Shown here one piece after another: positions 23,954 to 37,085 of a stretch of 64,000 bases of DNA. Position 1 is the stretch's first letter. Each line of letters opens with the position of its first letter. Under the pieces are notes generated by a model that was given only the letters and a program-made list of their open reading frames with translations, had not been told where the DNA came from and searched no databases. Both the position numbers and the translations under genes were made by a program. Source of the stretch: Leucoraja ocellata (Eukaryota); assembly GCA_036785375.1 (NCBI GenBank), contig JAWMAR010000101.1:1736001-1800000 (forward strand). The letters are read 5' to 3'.

Positions 23954-25923
23954 CATTCACATATTATTTCTGCTTCCAATTACTCACAAACTAAACATAT
24001 TCACCAGTCAAGACATGATATATACCACAATGACATGCAGCAAAATTATAATACAATATCTCAACTCTTTTTACACATTGCAATTAATGCAATTTCTATG
24101 AGTTCTTTCCACTTCCAAACAAAAATGTGGTTGGATTATTCAGCATATGATTAACCTGTGTCAATAAATCCTGGACCATGGTAACATATATGCTTAACCA
24201 TGCACACTACAGATTGATGCAAGCATGTTTTCTGTGAAAGACCGAAAAATACCATGACATGGCCATAGCATAGGTCGTTATTGCTATTGGTACAGAAACA
24301 CGCTCGCTCCCCACATAATTTATCCACAACAAATTATACAGGTTGCAAGGACATTTCTAAAGGCATTTTATGATAATAGCTGTTAAAACCGACTATACCC
24401 ATCCGAAAGGTTAAAAATTACACTAACTAACTAACTAACTAGAGATGGCCAAAGGACATAACTGCAGCAAATGTTCTTTTGGTAATATGTTTAAAGGTGT
24501 CAAAACGCCACATTATTGGACATTCAGATTAGATGTAAGTGTTGTGAATAGCAATAAAGATACCCAGTTTGTATGCACCAGATTTAAAAAAAAATTATTG
24601 ATAAACGCTGTTTCCATCATTCCCACTTCAGAATTAACGTTAAAATTTAAACTGAAATATCTCCTGACCAAATTTGTGATGTATATGACCGATTGTAGAA
24701 GTAAAACCTGGATAAATCCAACGTATAGTTGTGAATGTTACTCATTAAATAAGTACAGTACTGATACTCCATATTAAGAGCATTGATTTGTCGTTAAAAT
24801 TAATTCTGTAATAACGTGTCAATGGTAGCAGTGACAATCGAACACCGGTTTTAATGTTTCACGTGTTCACAATTTAATTAATCCATCTTTATGGACTAAA
24901 ACAAATAATAACATTGGGAATTAAAACACATTTGATTGCATTCCGTTATCAAACATAGTCAATGTTCGCTCTAAAGGCATTTCCAGCACAATAGGGTCAG
25001 GGTGTGTGTGAATCAGTGCGGGGTGGATAGATGGCGGGGGGGTTTGGTTGAAGTATGTAAAATTGTGAGGGGAGAGCACGGGGGATGTAAGTGGTGTTGG
25101 ATAGGGGGATCAGTACGGGATGGGTGGGGGTAGACAAAAATGCTGGAGAAATTCCGCGGGTGAGGCAGCATCTATGGAGCGAAGGGAATAGGCAACGTTT
25201 CGGGTCGAGACCCTTCTTCAGACTGTTCCCCCCCATTCTTCTTGAATAGGGGGGGGGGGGGGGGGGGGGGGGGAGGGGGAGATCAGTACAGGATGAATGG
25301 TGGGGGGGGGGGGGGGGTCAGGACAGTTTGGAGGGTCTGTGCAGGATGAATGGGAGATCACTACAGGATGAATGAGGGGATCAGTACGGGAGGCGCTACA
25401 GGTCTCTCCGTTGCCGAACCAGCAGGTCGAGGAACAGCTTCTTTCCGGCGGCTGTCACTCTACTAAACAACGTACCTCGGTGACTGCCAATTACCCCCCC
25501 CCCCCGGACACTTATTTTTTTTTTAATTCAAATCGTTTGCTATGTCGCTCTTCAAGGGAGATGCTAAATGCATTTCGTTGTCTCTGTACTGTACACTGAC
25601 AATTAAAATTGAATCTGAATCTGATCTGAATGAGAGGATCAGTACAGGAGGAATGAGGGGGAAAGTACAGGATGAATGGGAAGATCAGTGCAGTATGAAA
25701 GGGGGAGAAGTGCAGAATGATGGGAAGGGGGGGTCAGTACAGGATGAATTGGGGGACCAGTGTAGGATGGATGGGGGGGTGGCAGAATTAATGCAAGGTG
25801 GGTAGGAGGGGTGGGGGGGAGGGGAGCACAGGGGATGTCAGTGAGGACTGAATAGAGGCGGAATGGGGATCAGTGCTGGATGGAGAGGAGGGCTCAGGAT
25901 AAGGGGGGGGTGGAGGGGGGCGT

Positions 25924-25927
<4 letters not shown>

Positions 25928-25967
<40 letters not shown>

Positions 25968-25969
25968 GA
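25928..25969. repeat. (GA)n microsatellite
   Basis: Seen directly. Confidence 0.95.
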
Positions 25970-26854
25970 GGCGGAAGGGGCAGAGGAGATGAGGAGGAAG
26001 GAAGGGCAGCGCTCCTCAGACAACATTGCCCCGCTGCCTTGGCCATCCCTGTCCAACGCCAAGTGCCGCTGCCAAAGGGGGAGGCGGTTGGGATCTCCTT
26101 GCCACCACCTCCCCTCCTCCACCAGCCAACAGCAAGTGCGTGGCCGAGCTATAGGATATGCAGCTGCTTCAGACGGCAGATGGAGGCTCCCCCTCCATCC
26201 TCCCTCTCCCTCCTCCCAGCCTCGGCATGCGAGAGGAGTTGTTTTGAAAGTGCCGTTGGTGTAGTGGTAGCAGCGGCCGCTATAAGGGCGGGCGGGGTGC
26301 GGGAGGAGGAGGAGATGGAGCCGCTATCACAGCCGCTGCTGCCTCTGCTTGGGGCCCGTCATTCGCTCCGACCCCTTCGTCACCCGCACCTAGTATCTTT
26401 GCCCCGCAATGCAGCCGCCGCCGACACGAAATGTCACGTTCCTATTCTCCAGAGATGCTGCCTGACCTGCTGAGTTACTTCAGTTTTTTGTATCTATCGG
26501 TATAAACCAGTATCTGCAGTGCCAAGCCGGGCAAATAACTCGGCGTTTAGGTTGCCCGGCGGCACTTTGGGTGGTCAATGGCACCCAGGCAACCGTTAAT
26601 TTCGAGCCCTGAATAGGAGATGGACCCTATTGCTGACTACTCAGAACCAACTTAAGGAAAAGGTAGAACATTCACACAGTCAGATTCCATTACTCCTGTT
26701 CCAACAAGTTGGATATCTCTGGATCACGCAGAACTATCGAGGACACAAAAAATCCCCAGCCTTTCTGTTAAAGATAATTCCTGCTGGTTAAGTAGTATCT
26801 ACAGTACTTAAATCAGAGAGCGTTTGACCAGAAGCTAATAAGGATGATATGGCA

Positions 26855-27180
26855 GATAGACACAAAATGCTGGAGTAACTCAGTGGGATAGGTAGCATCT
26901 CAGGAGAAGGAATAGGTGGCGTTTCAGGTCGAGACCCTTCTTCAGATGGACAGTAACCCCGAAAGCTCTGCAGCAACCCGAAAACCCCTCCTCTTGGACT
27001 CCCCCGGATGGCCCTCTACACTCTTTAGACCTTTATATTTCCAACTGCCGGCGTGACATGAACCGTCTCAACTTTCCCACTCCCCTTACCTACTCTAACC
27101 TCTCTCCCTCTGAACGTACAGCCCTCTCTCTATTCACTCTGCAGCTACCCCCAAAACCAGCATCTACATTTCTTCCCTGC
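26855..27180. mobile_element. Penelope-like: reverse pLTR plus ORF fragment
   Basis: Minus-strand pLTR at 26855-26947. The + strand at ~26985-27130 encodes SSWTPP...SLDLYISNCRRDMNRLNF.TPLTYSNLSPSERTAL, which I recognise as the region preceding the RT in vertebrate PLE ORFs. Confidence 0.7.
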
Positions 27181-27594
27181 ACAAGAATGATGTGGACATG
27201 TACACGAGGTTAATAAGGTTATTAGAAGTTATTTTGTTACTGTCATTGTGTCAAGATTAAGAAAGTTACTGAAGTTAATTCCAATAAATGTCTCTTGGAA
27301 CTGGTATGGGTTTATTATTGTCATATGCACCGAGATGCAGTGAATAGCTGCTAACAGAAAACTAATTTCATTCTCTGTATGAAGAAGTGTTATCACAATG
27401 TAAATATTTTGTCACTTTACTTTAATATTATTAACTCAAACTCCATCAACAGCGGGACTCTTAATTCTCTAATCCGCTAAATAATTTTCAAATTAATTTG
27501 CCGTTACGATGGTGAAACCAAATTCCAGGTGACGTGCCAATTCATTAGCAGACTGCCAATTTTGTTCAAATATTTTCTGCCCAGAAACTAAATA

Positions 27595-27980
27595 ATCTAT
27601 AAGAGACACTGTCTCACAGAGACTGCCAGTATCATCAAGGACCCACACAACCCTGGCCACACTCTCATTTCACTCCAGCCATCGGGAAGAAGGTATAGGT
27701 GTCTGAAGACTGTAAATTCCCGGTTCAGGAATAGTTTCTTCCCAATAACCATCATTCTACTGAACACTACAAACTCCAACTAAACACAAAACTATGAACT
27801 GCCTGGGTTCCACTCTGGACTATATTGCTTTTGCACTACATAGTTTTTTTGTATTTATTGAACATTGTGTTTGTTTATTATATTTATTGAGTACTGTATT
27901 TACAAACCTGCCGCTGCTGCAAGTAAGAATGTAATTGTTCCATATCAGTACATATGACAATAAAACACTCTTGACTTGAT
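27595..27980 (+). mobile_element. Rex1-like LINE 3' fragment
   Basis: Encodes IIKDPHNPGH...PSGRRY; ends AATAAAACACTCTTGACTTGA. Confidence 0.8.
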
Positions 27981-28329
27981 AAGTGCATTGCGCTTAAAAC
28001 AATTTAGATACAACAATGGTTAAGAAGTGCTTGGAGTGAATTGGATTTGACTGGTAAATCTAATAACCCTGAAGTACATTTTAAGCCAAATAACAAATGG
28101 GTTTAAAGCTAGAATTTTATTGATGTACTTGTTGATGATAAAGTTAGTCATAGTCATCCAGCACAAAAAAGACTATTTGGCCCAACTTGCCCAATGGCAA
28201 ACAATATTCCCCCAACTAGACTAGTCCTATCTGCCAAATGCCTTTTAACTGTTGTTAATGTAGTTATTATTTGCTTTCCTATCGTTCAAAGCCACATCAT
28301 CTTTTCTTCAAAAGCTTTATGACTTCAAG

Positions 28330-29480
28330 AGTGTTGGGGTGTTTATTTGTTACGTGCACCGGACATGAACCAGAACAATGAACTTCATACTTGCTGCAGC
28401 TTTAGACGCAACAGCAACTACAACAAATACAAGAGAAATAATCAGTTATTCTATATCCTGTTCCAGTGCAAAAAAGACTGAAGTATATTGAATAACCACA
28501 CTAGTGCAAAGTGGCAAGTGGTTCTGTGCTGAGGTAGGGTTGTGGTTAGGGTTATGTTCAAGACCAGCTGGTTGATGGAGAGAAGCTAGTCTTGAATCTG
28601 ATGGTAATGATTCTCAAGCACTTGTACCTTCTTCCTGATGGTGGTAGCAAAAGAGTGTGTGGTCAGGTAGGGTGGATCTCTGATGACATTTGCTGCCTTC
28701 TCGAGGCAGTGTTTCCTGTAGACCCCTTTGATGGTGGGGAGGTCAGTACCTGTGATGGATGCAACAACCTTCTGCAGCCTTCTCTTGATCTTGAACTAGG
28801 TTTTGATGCAACCAGTCAGTATGCTCTTTACAATACACTTGTATAAGTTCAATTGTGGATTTAACTACATACCAAATCTCCTCAAATGTCAGAGGAAGTT
28901 GAGGCATTGGTGAACTTTCTTTGTGATTGGATCATTATGCTGGGCCCAAAACAGGTAATCAGAGTTGTGTGCACCCAGAAACATGAAGCTATTGACTTTC
29001 TTCACCGCTGTTCCACCATTGACGACAGGCACATGGTTCCTTGGCTTTCTCTTCCTGAAGTCAACAAACAGCTCCTTGATCTTGCCAATGTTGAGAGCAA
29101 GATTGTTGTTCTGGCACCACTCAACATAACATCGATCACCCTCCTGTACTCTGACTCATTGTTACCTGTTATTCGTCCAATGATTATGGCAAATTTAAAG
29201 ATGTCACTGGTGCTGTGTCTGGCTCCACAGTTAGGGGAATAGAGAGAGTGGAGCATGAGATTCACCCTGCAGCCTGAGGTGCCCCTGTGCTGATAGTCAT
29301 TGAGGAGGAGACATTTTGCCAATCTGCGTTGATTAAGATCTGAGGATGGAGGTTGAGGATCCAGTTGCCTGGGAGAAGCAGAGGTTCAATTTCTTGAGTT
29401 TGATAACGAGGTAAAAGGGATGATAGTGTTGAAAGCCGGCCTGTAGTTGATGGACAACCATCTATTGCACCTGTTCCCAT
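28330..29480 (-). mobile_element. Degenerate Rex1-like LINE
   Basis: Remnants ISTGAPQ, IFKFA..IIGRITGNNESEYR in ORFs 29262..29480 and 29002..29322. Confidence 0.78.
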
Positions 29481-31214
29481 TTTTCTGGGTCTATGATTTC
29501 CAAAGATTATTGGGCAGTACTCATTTTTTCAAGGAACATTCTCAAATGTATTCCTCTATCCAACTGATAGTCTCTTGCCATAAGGAAGCTTGGGACAGAA
29601 TACATGTTTTAGGAGTCCAGCATTAGGATTACAAATAGACGGGCCTGCCGCTCATAACTACATGTAATTCATGCTTCAGTGTTGTAAATGCAATCCTTTA
29701 AGCTGCTTTTGACTATTAGAACACATAAAAGGTATCAAAACAAGGGACTGCAGATGCTGGTTTACACAAAAAAGAGATAAAATGCTGGAGTAACTCAGTG
29801 ATTCAGGTAGTATCTCTGGAGCTTATGGATAGGTGAAGTTTCGAGTTCGGACCCTTCTTCAGACAAAGTATATTCTAGAAATCCAAAATCAAGTGGATCA
29901 TTTTAAACTAATAAATAGTCTCATTAATTTAAGGAAAGTTCTGAGGAAATCAGTGTTTGATTTCACGACTACAATAATAATATGCATCAATGATACCTAC
30001 GCGTTTTCTCCCTCTCCCCCACCCGATCCTCCAAACCTCAGCAATCATTCTGTTAAACCTCCTCTCACCCTTTCCCAAGCCTCCACATCCTTCCTGTAAT
30101 TGGGCAACCAGAACTGCACGCAACACACCAAATAAAGCCTAACCCAAGTTCTATAGAGGTGCATTGTGACTTTCTGACTCATACTCAATGCCTCGACCAA
30201 AGGCAAGCCTACAATATGCCGCCTTTACCACTCTATCTACTTGTGTTACCACTTTCAGGGAATTATTGACTTGGATCCCAAGATCCCTCTGTACATGAAA
30301 GCTGTTAAGGTTCTTGCCATTAATTTTAACATTCAACCTCCAAAGTGCCACACAACCCCACACTTGATCAAACTAAACTCCATCTGCCATTTCTCTGCCC
30401 ATTTCTGTAGCTGATTGAATGCGCAAGCCCTGCTTCTGCATAAAAAGATTTGGGTTAGGAACCACTAGTGATGCTGTAACTGGAGGTCTAAATTGAAGAA
30501 CAGCACACAGATACCATCCTGACAGTTATTTATTCATTTCATAGGCATTCCTCAGAGTTGAGGATGGCTTGCTTCGACCCCAGTTCTCTGAGTTTGGAGG
30601 AGGCTGAAAGTTTTCATGCAGGATCCACTCTTGGTGGGACAGATGATGCTGAATTGGTCATTGGTGGATTCTTTAGTGTGGTGTGTGTCCTTTTCGCTGA
30701 GTTTGGTCCCTGCATGCTCCCACAGTGCAGACTCCTCACTCTCTGACATAACCTGCAGAGTCAAGGTCAAAGACCAGAAACATTACTTTTGTTTCTTTCC
30801 CAAGGTGCTTCATGACCTGCTGATTTGTTTCCAGCATTTTCTATTTTTGATTCAGTCCCATCACATTCATCTGGGTTAATTAAGAACTACAAATAATAAT
30901 TTTTTATCGAAAATTCACCTTTTCAAAGTAAACGTCCAGTAATTTTAAACGTTCTCCCGATCTGTCTCCACTGATCTGTACTGGTTACAATAGCATGGTA
31001 GGTCAATGCACCTTTTAAACCTCACAGAATTGACAAATTCTGTTTCTTGGCCATGCAGTATTTGGCTATTCTCTTACGTGCTATTTAAGAACTGCCTGAG
31101 AAGCGGGGTGCCAAGATTTCTGAAGTCTAGGGTTAGAAGAAACAGCATCTTCTGCAAGCACAGATAATTCTCAGGCCTATATTAATGAAAACACAAGATA
31201 TGGCCATGCTATTT

Positions 31215-31400
31215 TAAGTACAATTAGGCAAAAGTGTTTTGAGATGCAGCGTAGAAACTTGCATGTCTTTGAAATGTGGGAGCAAACTGGAGCACCCGGA
31301 GAAAACCCACACGGTCACAGGGTAAATGTACAAACTCCGCACAGGCTGCACTTTGTAGTCAAGATCGAACCCAGGTTCAACTACCCAATCGTGGTTCTGG
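31215..31400 (-). mobile_element. V-SINE fragment
   Basis: V-domain GGAGTTTGTACATTTACCCTGTGACCGTGTGGGTTTTCTCCGGGTGCTCC on the minus strand. Confidence 0.75.
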
Positions 31401-31479
31401 CACTTATACAACACAGTACACACCTAACCTCACTTGATGCTCACACATTTTATCTCATCCAAAGCTCGCTAATGATTAC

Positions 31480-31870
31480 ACATAGAAACATAGAAACATA
31501 GAAACGTAGAAATTAGGTGCAGGAGTAGGCCATTCGGCCCTTCGAGCCTGCACCGCCATTCAATATGATCATGGCTGATCATCCAACTCAGTATCCCGTA
31601 CCTGCCTTCTCTCCATACCCCCTGATCCCCTTAGCCACAAGGGCCACATCTAACTCCCTCTTAAATATAGCCAATGAACTGGCCTCAACTACCCTCTGTG
31701 GCAGAGAGTTCCAGAGATTCACCACTCTCTGCGTGAAAAAAGTTCTTCTCATCTCGGTTTTAAAGGATTTCCCCTTTATCCTTAAGCTGTGACCCCTTGT
31801 CCTGGACTTCCCTAACATCGGGAACAATCTTCCTGCATCTAGCCTGTCCAACCCCTTAAGAATTTTGTAA
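31480..31870 (-). mobile_element. CR1 3' fragment
   Basis: Nearly identical to 2232-2610. Confidence 0.95.
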
Positions 31871-32334
31871 TTGGACATGAATTGGACCCTAATGATTATC
31901 ATTTCATCTTAGATGGACAGAAACCATTGCTTATTTTCCATTTTTATTGGTAAATTAGCTCCAATTTCTAAGTTGTGGCAAGATACACAGTGACATAGGT
32001 TCTGGGATGACAAAATGAAAGTTGATAACGTCAGCTTGAGTCAGATTTGTGAAAAACATACTATATCTATGCCTAAGTAAACTAACAATAGGATAATTTA
32101 AATCACATCAATTTCTGAAATTATGCCTATTTTGCAGTCATTATGTTCCATTTAAAATCAGTAATTGTCCGCATTAACACACTGCAATTCCCTTGCTGTT
32201 GGCAGAATAAAACAAGAAAACTTTATAGTTTTCTCAAACGAGAAACCTAATCTGAGGATTTTATTTGAAACTCACTGGCAAAAAAGAGCAACTGATGGGT
32301 TACAGGAAGGATTCATTTCACAAAGCCAGCACTC

Positions 32335-33020
32335 AAGATTCAAGATTCAAGAGAGTTTATTGTCATGTGTCCCTGATAGGACAATGAAATTCCTGCTTTG
32401 CTTCAGCACAACAGAACATAGTAGGCATTGACTACAGAACAGATCAGTGTGTCCATATACCATTAAATAAATATATACACACATGAATAAATAAACCGAT
32501 AAAGTGCAAATAAACAGATAATGGGCTATTAATGTTCAGAGTTTGTCCGAGCCAAGTTTAATAGCCTGATGGCTGTGGGGATGTAGCTATTCCTAAACCT
32601 GGTCGTTGCAGTCTTCAGGCTCCTGTACCTTCTACCTGAAGGCAGCGGGGAGATGAGTGTGTGGCCGTGATGGTGTGGGTCCTTGATGATACTGCCAGCC
32701 TTTTTGAGGCAGTGACTGCTGTAGATCCCCTCGATGGAAGGAAGGTCAGAGCCGATGATGGACCATACAGTGTTTACTACTTTTTGTAGTCTTTTCCGCT
32801 CCAGGGCGCTCAAGTTGCCGAACCAAGCCACGGTGCAACCGATCAGCATGCTCTCTACAGTGCACCTGTAGAGGTTAGAGAGAGTCCTCCTTGACAAACT
32901 GATTCTCCGTAATCTTCTCAGGAAGTAGAAACGTGATGTGCTTTCTTAATAATTGAATCAGTGTTCTCGGACCTGGAAAGATCTTCAGAAATGAAGCTCT
33001 TGACCCTTTCAACCATTGAT
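32335..33020 (-). mobile_element. Rex1-like LINE 3' fragment
   Basis: ORF 32529..32897 (YRCTVES.L.GC..AWFGN, LPSGRRYRSL); (TCTTGAA)n tail. Confidence 0.88.
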
Positions 33021-33616
33021 ATAAACGGCACTCATCTCAGGTTATCAAGATCATGTGCATTTCCATCAAGGGAAATAGTGTTGGGGTGCAGCGAGGATTA
33101 CTAGGAGTTTGTTTGAGGACTCCAGAGGCAAAACATGCATTTAGAATGGTACATAACATTGAAAGATTTATGTATCTGCATAAAGTAACCATTCCAAACT
33201 AATGGCAGAACTGTCTCTGTTAAGATTAAATATTTTAGTTTGAACAGAGTAGCTTGAAAAATAAAAGGTTTTTGGTCAAATAAACACACCCCAACAGGAA
33301 ATGTCACCATTGAATGTGGGGAATTTGGGTGGAACAAAAAAGCTCTGCATCGTTACTGAGCCCTCCATTCCAAATAAGATTGTCATTCTGTCTGCCTGTA
33401 GCTCTGCATTGGATCATCAATTGATAAAGACCACACTTGACAGAATGGTCGAGCAATCCCACAAATGTTCTTGCAAATGTTATATTTTACAAGGGGATAA
33501 ACACAGTTCCTCAGTTAATTTATTCAAAATGTAGTTGGGCAACACGCCAAGAAAATTGTTGGTAGGAAGAAACTGCAGATGCTGGTTTAAACCGAAAATA
33601 GACACAAAATGCTGCA

Positions 33617-35172
33617 GTGACACGGGTGAACACAAGAAAAGCTGCAGGCCCCGATGGCATCTCGGGGCGAGTACTCAAGTCCTGTGCTACGCAGCTAGCT
33701 CCAGTGCTCACTACATTATTCAACCTCTCCCTGGACAAGTCTGTGGTCCCTGCCTGCTTCAAAAAATCCATCATTGTACCGGTACCAAAAAATGCCTCCC
33801 CAGCCTGTCTGAATGACTACCGTCCAGTGGCCCTTACCTCGGTAGTCATGAAATGCTTTGAGAGGCTGGTGAAGAATCACATCTGCGCCTTCCTCCCTCG
33901 GAACATGGACCCGTTGCAGTTCACATACCATCCGAACAGGTTCACGGACGATGCGGTCTCCCAGGTCTTGCACACCGCTCTCTCCCATCTGGACAGCCAG
34001 AAGGGGGGCTACGTGAGGATGCTGTTCATAGACTACAGTTCAGCCTTCAACATGATAGTCCGCACCAGACTGGCCGGGAAGCTAATGGAATTGGGGCTCA
34101 ACACCTCCCTGTGTGCCTGGGTCCTGGACTTTCTCACCGCCAGGCCCCAGGTAGTCAAGATGGGAGGGAATACATCGGAGTCCCTCACCCTGAGCACAGG
34201 ATCGCCCCAGGGTTGTGTCCTCAGCCCCCTATTGTACTCCCTGTACACACATGACTGTGTGGCTAGGTTCAGCCCCAATTCAATAATTAAGTTTGCTGAT
34301 GACACTGTGGTGGTGGGCCTGATCTCAGACAACGATGAGAAGGCCTACCGGGAGGAGGTGGCTGGTCTAGCACTCTGGTGCCAGGATAACAGCCTCCTCT
34401 TGAACATCAAAAAACGAAGGAGCTGATCATGGACTTTAGGAGGGCACATCATCCGAGGACGTACACTCCATTGAGGATAAATGGGGATCCTGTGGATAGA
34501 GTGAACTGTTTTAAATATCTGGGAGTCCACATCTCTGAGGATATGACATGGGCATCACACGCCTCAGCACTCGTGAGTAAGGCAAGGCAGCGCCTTTACC
34601 ACCTCAGGCAATTGAGGAAATTCAGAGTGTCTCCGAGGATCCTCCAGTGCTTCTACGCAGCGGCGGTGGAAAGCATCTTGTCCGGGAACATTACCATCTG
34701 GTTTGGGAATTGCTCTGCCAAGGACAAGAAGGCTCTGCAGAGAGTAGTGCGTTCGGCCGAACGCACTATGGGAACTTCACTCACCCCCCTGCAGGAACTA
34801 TACAACAGGAGGTGCAACTCCAGAGCAAACAAAGTCATGAGAGACCCCTTCCACCCCTGCAACGGACTGTTCCAGCTGCTACGGTCAGGCAAACACCTCC
34901 GTTGCCATGCGGTGAGAACGGAGAGGTTGAGAAGGAGTTTCTTCCCAGAGGCAATTCGGACTGTAAACGCCTATCTCACCAGGGACTAACTCTAACAAGA
35001 ACGTTTTTCCTTCCATTATTTATTATGTAAAAGAATATGTGTGTTATGATTGTGTTTATAATTTGTTTGGTTGTGTTGTTGTTTGTCTTTTGCACAAAAG
35101 TCCGCGAGCATTGCCACTTTCATTTCACTGCACATCTCGTATGTGTATGTGACAAATAAACTTGACTTGACT
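33617..35172 (+). mobile_element. Rex1/Babar-clade LINE, 5'-truncated
   Basis: ORFs 33617..34426 and 34429..34989 (one frameshift) carry [42 protein letters not shown] and KARQRLYHLRQLRKF. The 3' end is AATAAA(CTTGA)n. Confidence 0.93.
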
Positions 35173-35860
35173 TAACTCAGCGGGACAGGTAGCAACTCTG
35201 GAGAGAAGAAATGGGTGATGTTTCGGGTCAAGACCCTTCTTCAGACTGAGAGTCAGGGGAGAGGGAGACATAGAAATGGAAGGGTAAGGAAGGGTAGGGT
35301 AAAGGAAAACACAGGTCAAAGCAGACGATGATACGGTAATGTTGAATGGATCATTGTTAGCTGAGGGGAAGGTGACTAGGAGGCGTACAATCAGTAACAT
35401 GTAATCAGGAGGACAGCAAAACTAGTTGGAGAACTAGGATTGGGAGGGACGGAGAGAGAGGGAAAGCAAGACTTTAGAGAAATCAATATTCATACTGCTG
35501 GGGTGTAAGCTGCCCAAGCAAAATATGAGGTGCTGTTCCTCCAATTTGCATTTTGCCTCAATCAGCCAGTGGAGGAGATCCAGGACAGAAAGATCAGTAT
35601 GGGAATGGGAGAAGAAGTTAAAGTGTTTAGCATCCGGAAGAACATGTAGGTCTAGGTGGGCTGAATGAAGGTGTTCAGCAAAATGATCGCCGAGCCTGCG
35701 CTTGGTCTCGCCGATATATAGGAGTCCACACCTGGAACAGCGGATATAGTAGCTGAGGTTGTAGGAGGTGCAAGTGAACATCTGCTTCACCTGAAAGGAC
35801 TGTCAGGGTCATTGGACAGAGTTGAGGAAGGAGGTTGCATCTCCTGCGGTTGCAGGGAAA
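35173..35860 (-). mobile_element. Penelope-like element 3' part: GIY-YIG endonuclease plus terminal repeat (pLTR)
   Basis: ORF 35434..35790 reads FTCTS.NL.Y.IRCSRCGLLYIGETKRRLGD.FAEHL and E...I..LG.L.P..MN. The pLTR continues on the other side of the Rex1 insertion at ~33565-33616. Confidence 0.9.
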
Positions 35861-36204
35861 AGTAAACTTTCAATCTGTCATGAGTCAGCTGATTTCAAAA
35901 GGGATTTCAATTAATCTCAGCACTTTGTATTTCGGAAAGAAAAACTGTCCTAAGTAATCATAAGAAGGCTGGAATTAACAAAATTAAGAGGACAATCAAT
36001 ATAATTTCTCTAGGTACCATAGCTTTTTGATACATACGTTGAGAACTTATACTTGGACAGAGACTACGGCATCAACAATGGAACTTGCTAACCTGAAGTT
36101 AGAAGTGAAATGATGGGTGAAAAAAAGGAAACTGGAAAAAAAAAACAGGACTGTACTGCTTCACGAAGGGAGATACTTGGGTTACATTTCTACAGCTAAC
36201 TTTT

Positions 36205-36492
36205 AGTTTTTACTTTTAGAGTTAGAGCGTGGAAAAGGGGCCTTTGGCATTCCATCCACGCTGAGCATTGATCACCCGTCCATACTAGTTCTGTTATCCC
36301 ACTTTCTCATCCACTCCCTACACACTAGTGGCAATTGCCTGAAGTCAATTAACCTACAAACCCATACGTCTTTGTGATATGGGGGAAAACCAAAGCACTC
36401 AGTGGAAACCCACATGCCCATAGGGAGAACGTGCAAACGCACAGACAGCAGCTGAGGTCAGGATGGAATCCAGGTCCCTGGCACTGAGAGGC
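36205..36492 (-). mobile_element. tRNA-derived V-SINE (HE1-like)
   Basis: V-domain GTTTGCACGTTCTCCC..GTGGGTTTCC on the minus strand, with a B-box-like head and a CR1-like tail. Confidence 0.78.
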
Positions 36493-36775
36493 ATAGAAAC
36501 ATAGAAAACTAGGTGCAGGAGTAGGCCATTTGGCCCTTCGAGCCAGCACCGCCATTCAATATGATCATGGTTGATCATCTAAAATCAGTACCCCATTCCT
36601 GCTTTTTCCCCTTATCCATTGATTCCTTTAGTCCAAAGAGCTAAATCTAACTCTCTCTTGAAAACATGCAGTGAAATGGCCTCCACTGCCTTCTTGGCAG
36701 AGAATTCCACAGATTCACAACTCTGGGGGAAAAAATGTTTCCTCATCTCAGTCCTAAATGACCTACCCCTTATAT
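36493..36775 (-). mobile_element. CR1 3' fragment
   Basis: AGAAACATAGAAAACTAGGTGCAGGAG terminus and 3' UTR similarity. Confidence 0.85.
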
Positions 36776-37085
36776 GGCCCTACCAGCTGCGACACTCTGC
36801 CGTTACATTTTTGATCTTTTCAATCAAAGAAAAGTCTTTAATATAATCAAACTGGATTTTTGACGGGTCACATTCAATATGCTATTCAACTTCTCGAGAA
36901 TAAACCTCCCTCCTTCTGAAAAGAAATACACCCTCCTTTACTTCTCAATTCAATAAGACCAATGGAAGGAACATAGAAAAGCAGTAACAATTCTTAGTTA
37001 AAGATTAATCCCCATACAAAGACCAGTATTTTTTAACAATGCAATTTGTATGTACTTCTGTAGGAGCTGAGTATAGAAGCTGGGA

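Larger units (their letters stand above)
23556..26611. mobile_element. Non-autonomous hAT-like element (~3 kb) with nested insertions
   Basis: Imperfect 17-bp TIRs CAGGGCTCTCATTTAAC / GTTAATTTCGAGCCCTG and subterminal GGGCAACC/GGTTGCC motifs at both ends. No TSD recognisable (the left flank is a broken CR1). Confidence 0.6.

Noticed and set aside
25248-25273. Long poly-G run (similar poly-C runs near 43905 and 47993) as a functional element
   Set aside because: These lie within repeat relics, and homopolymer lengths are unreliable in assemblies.
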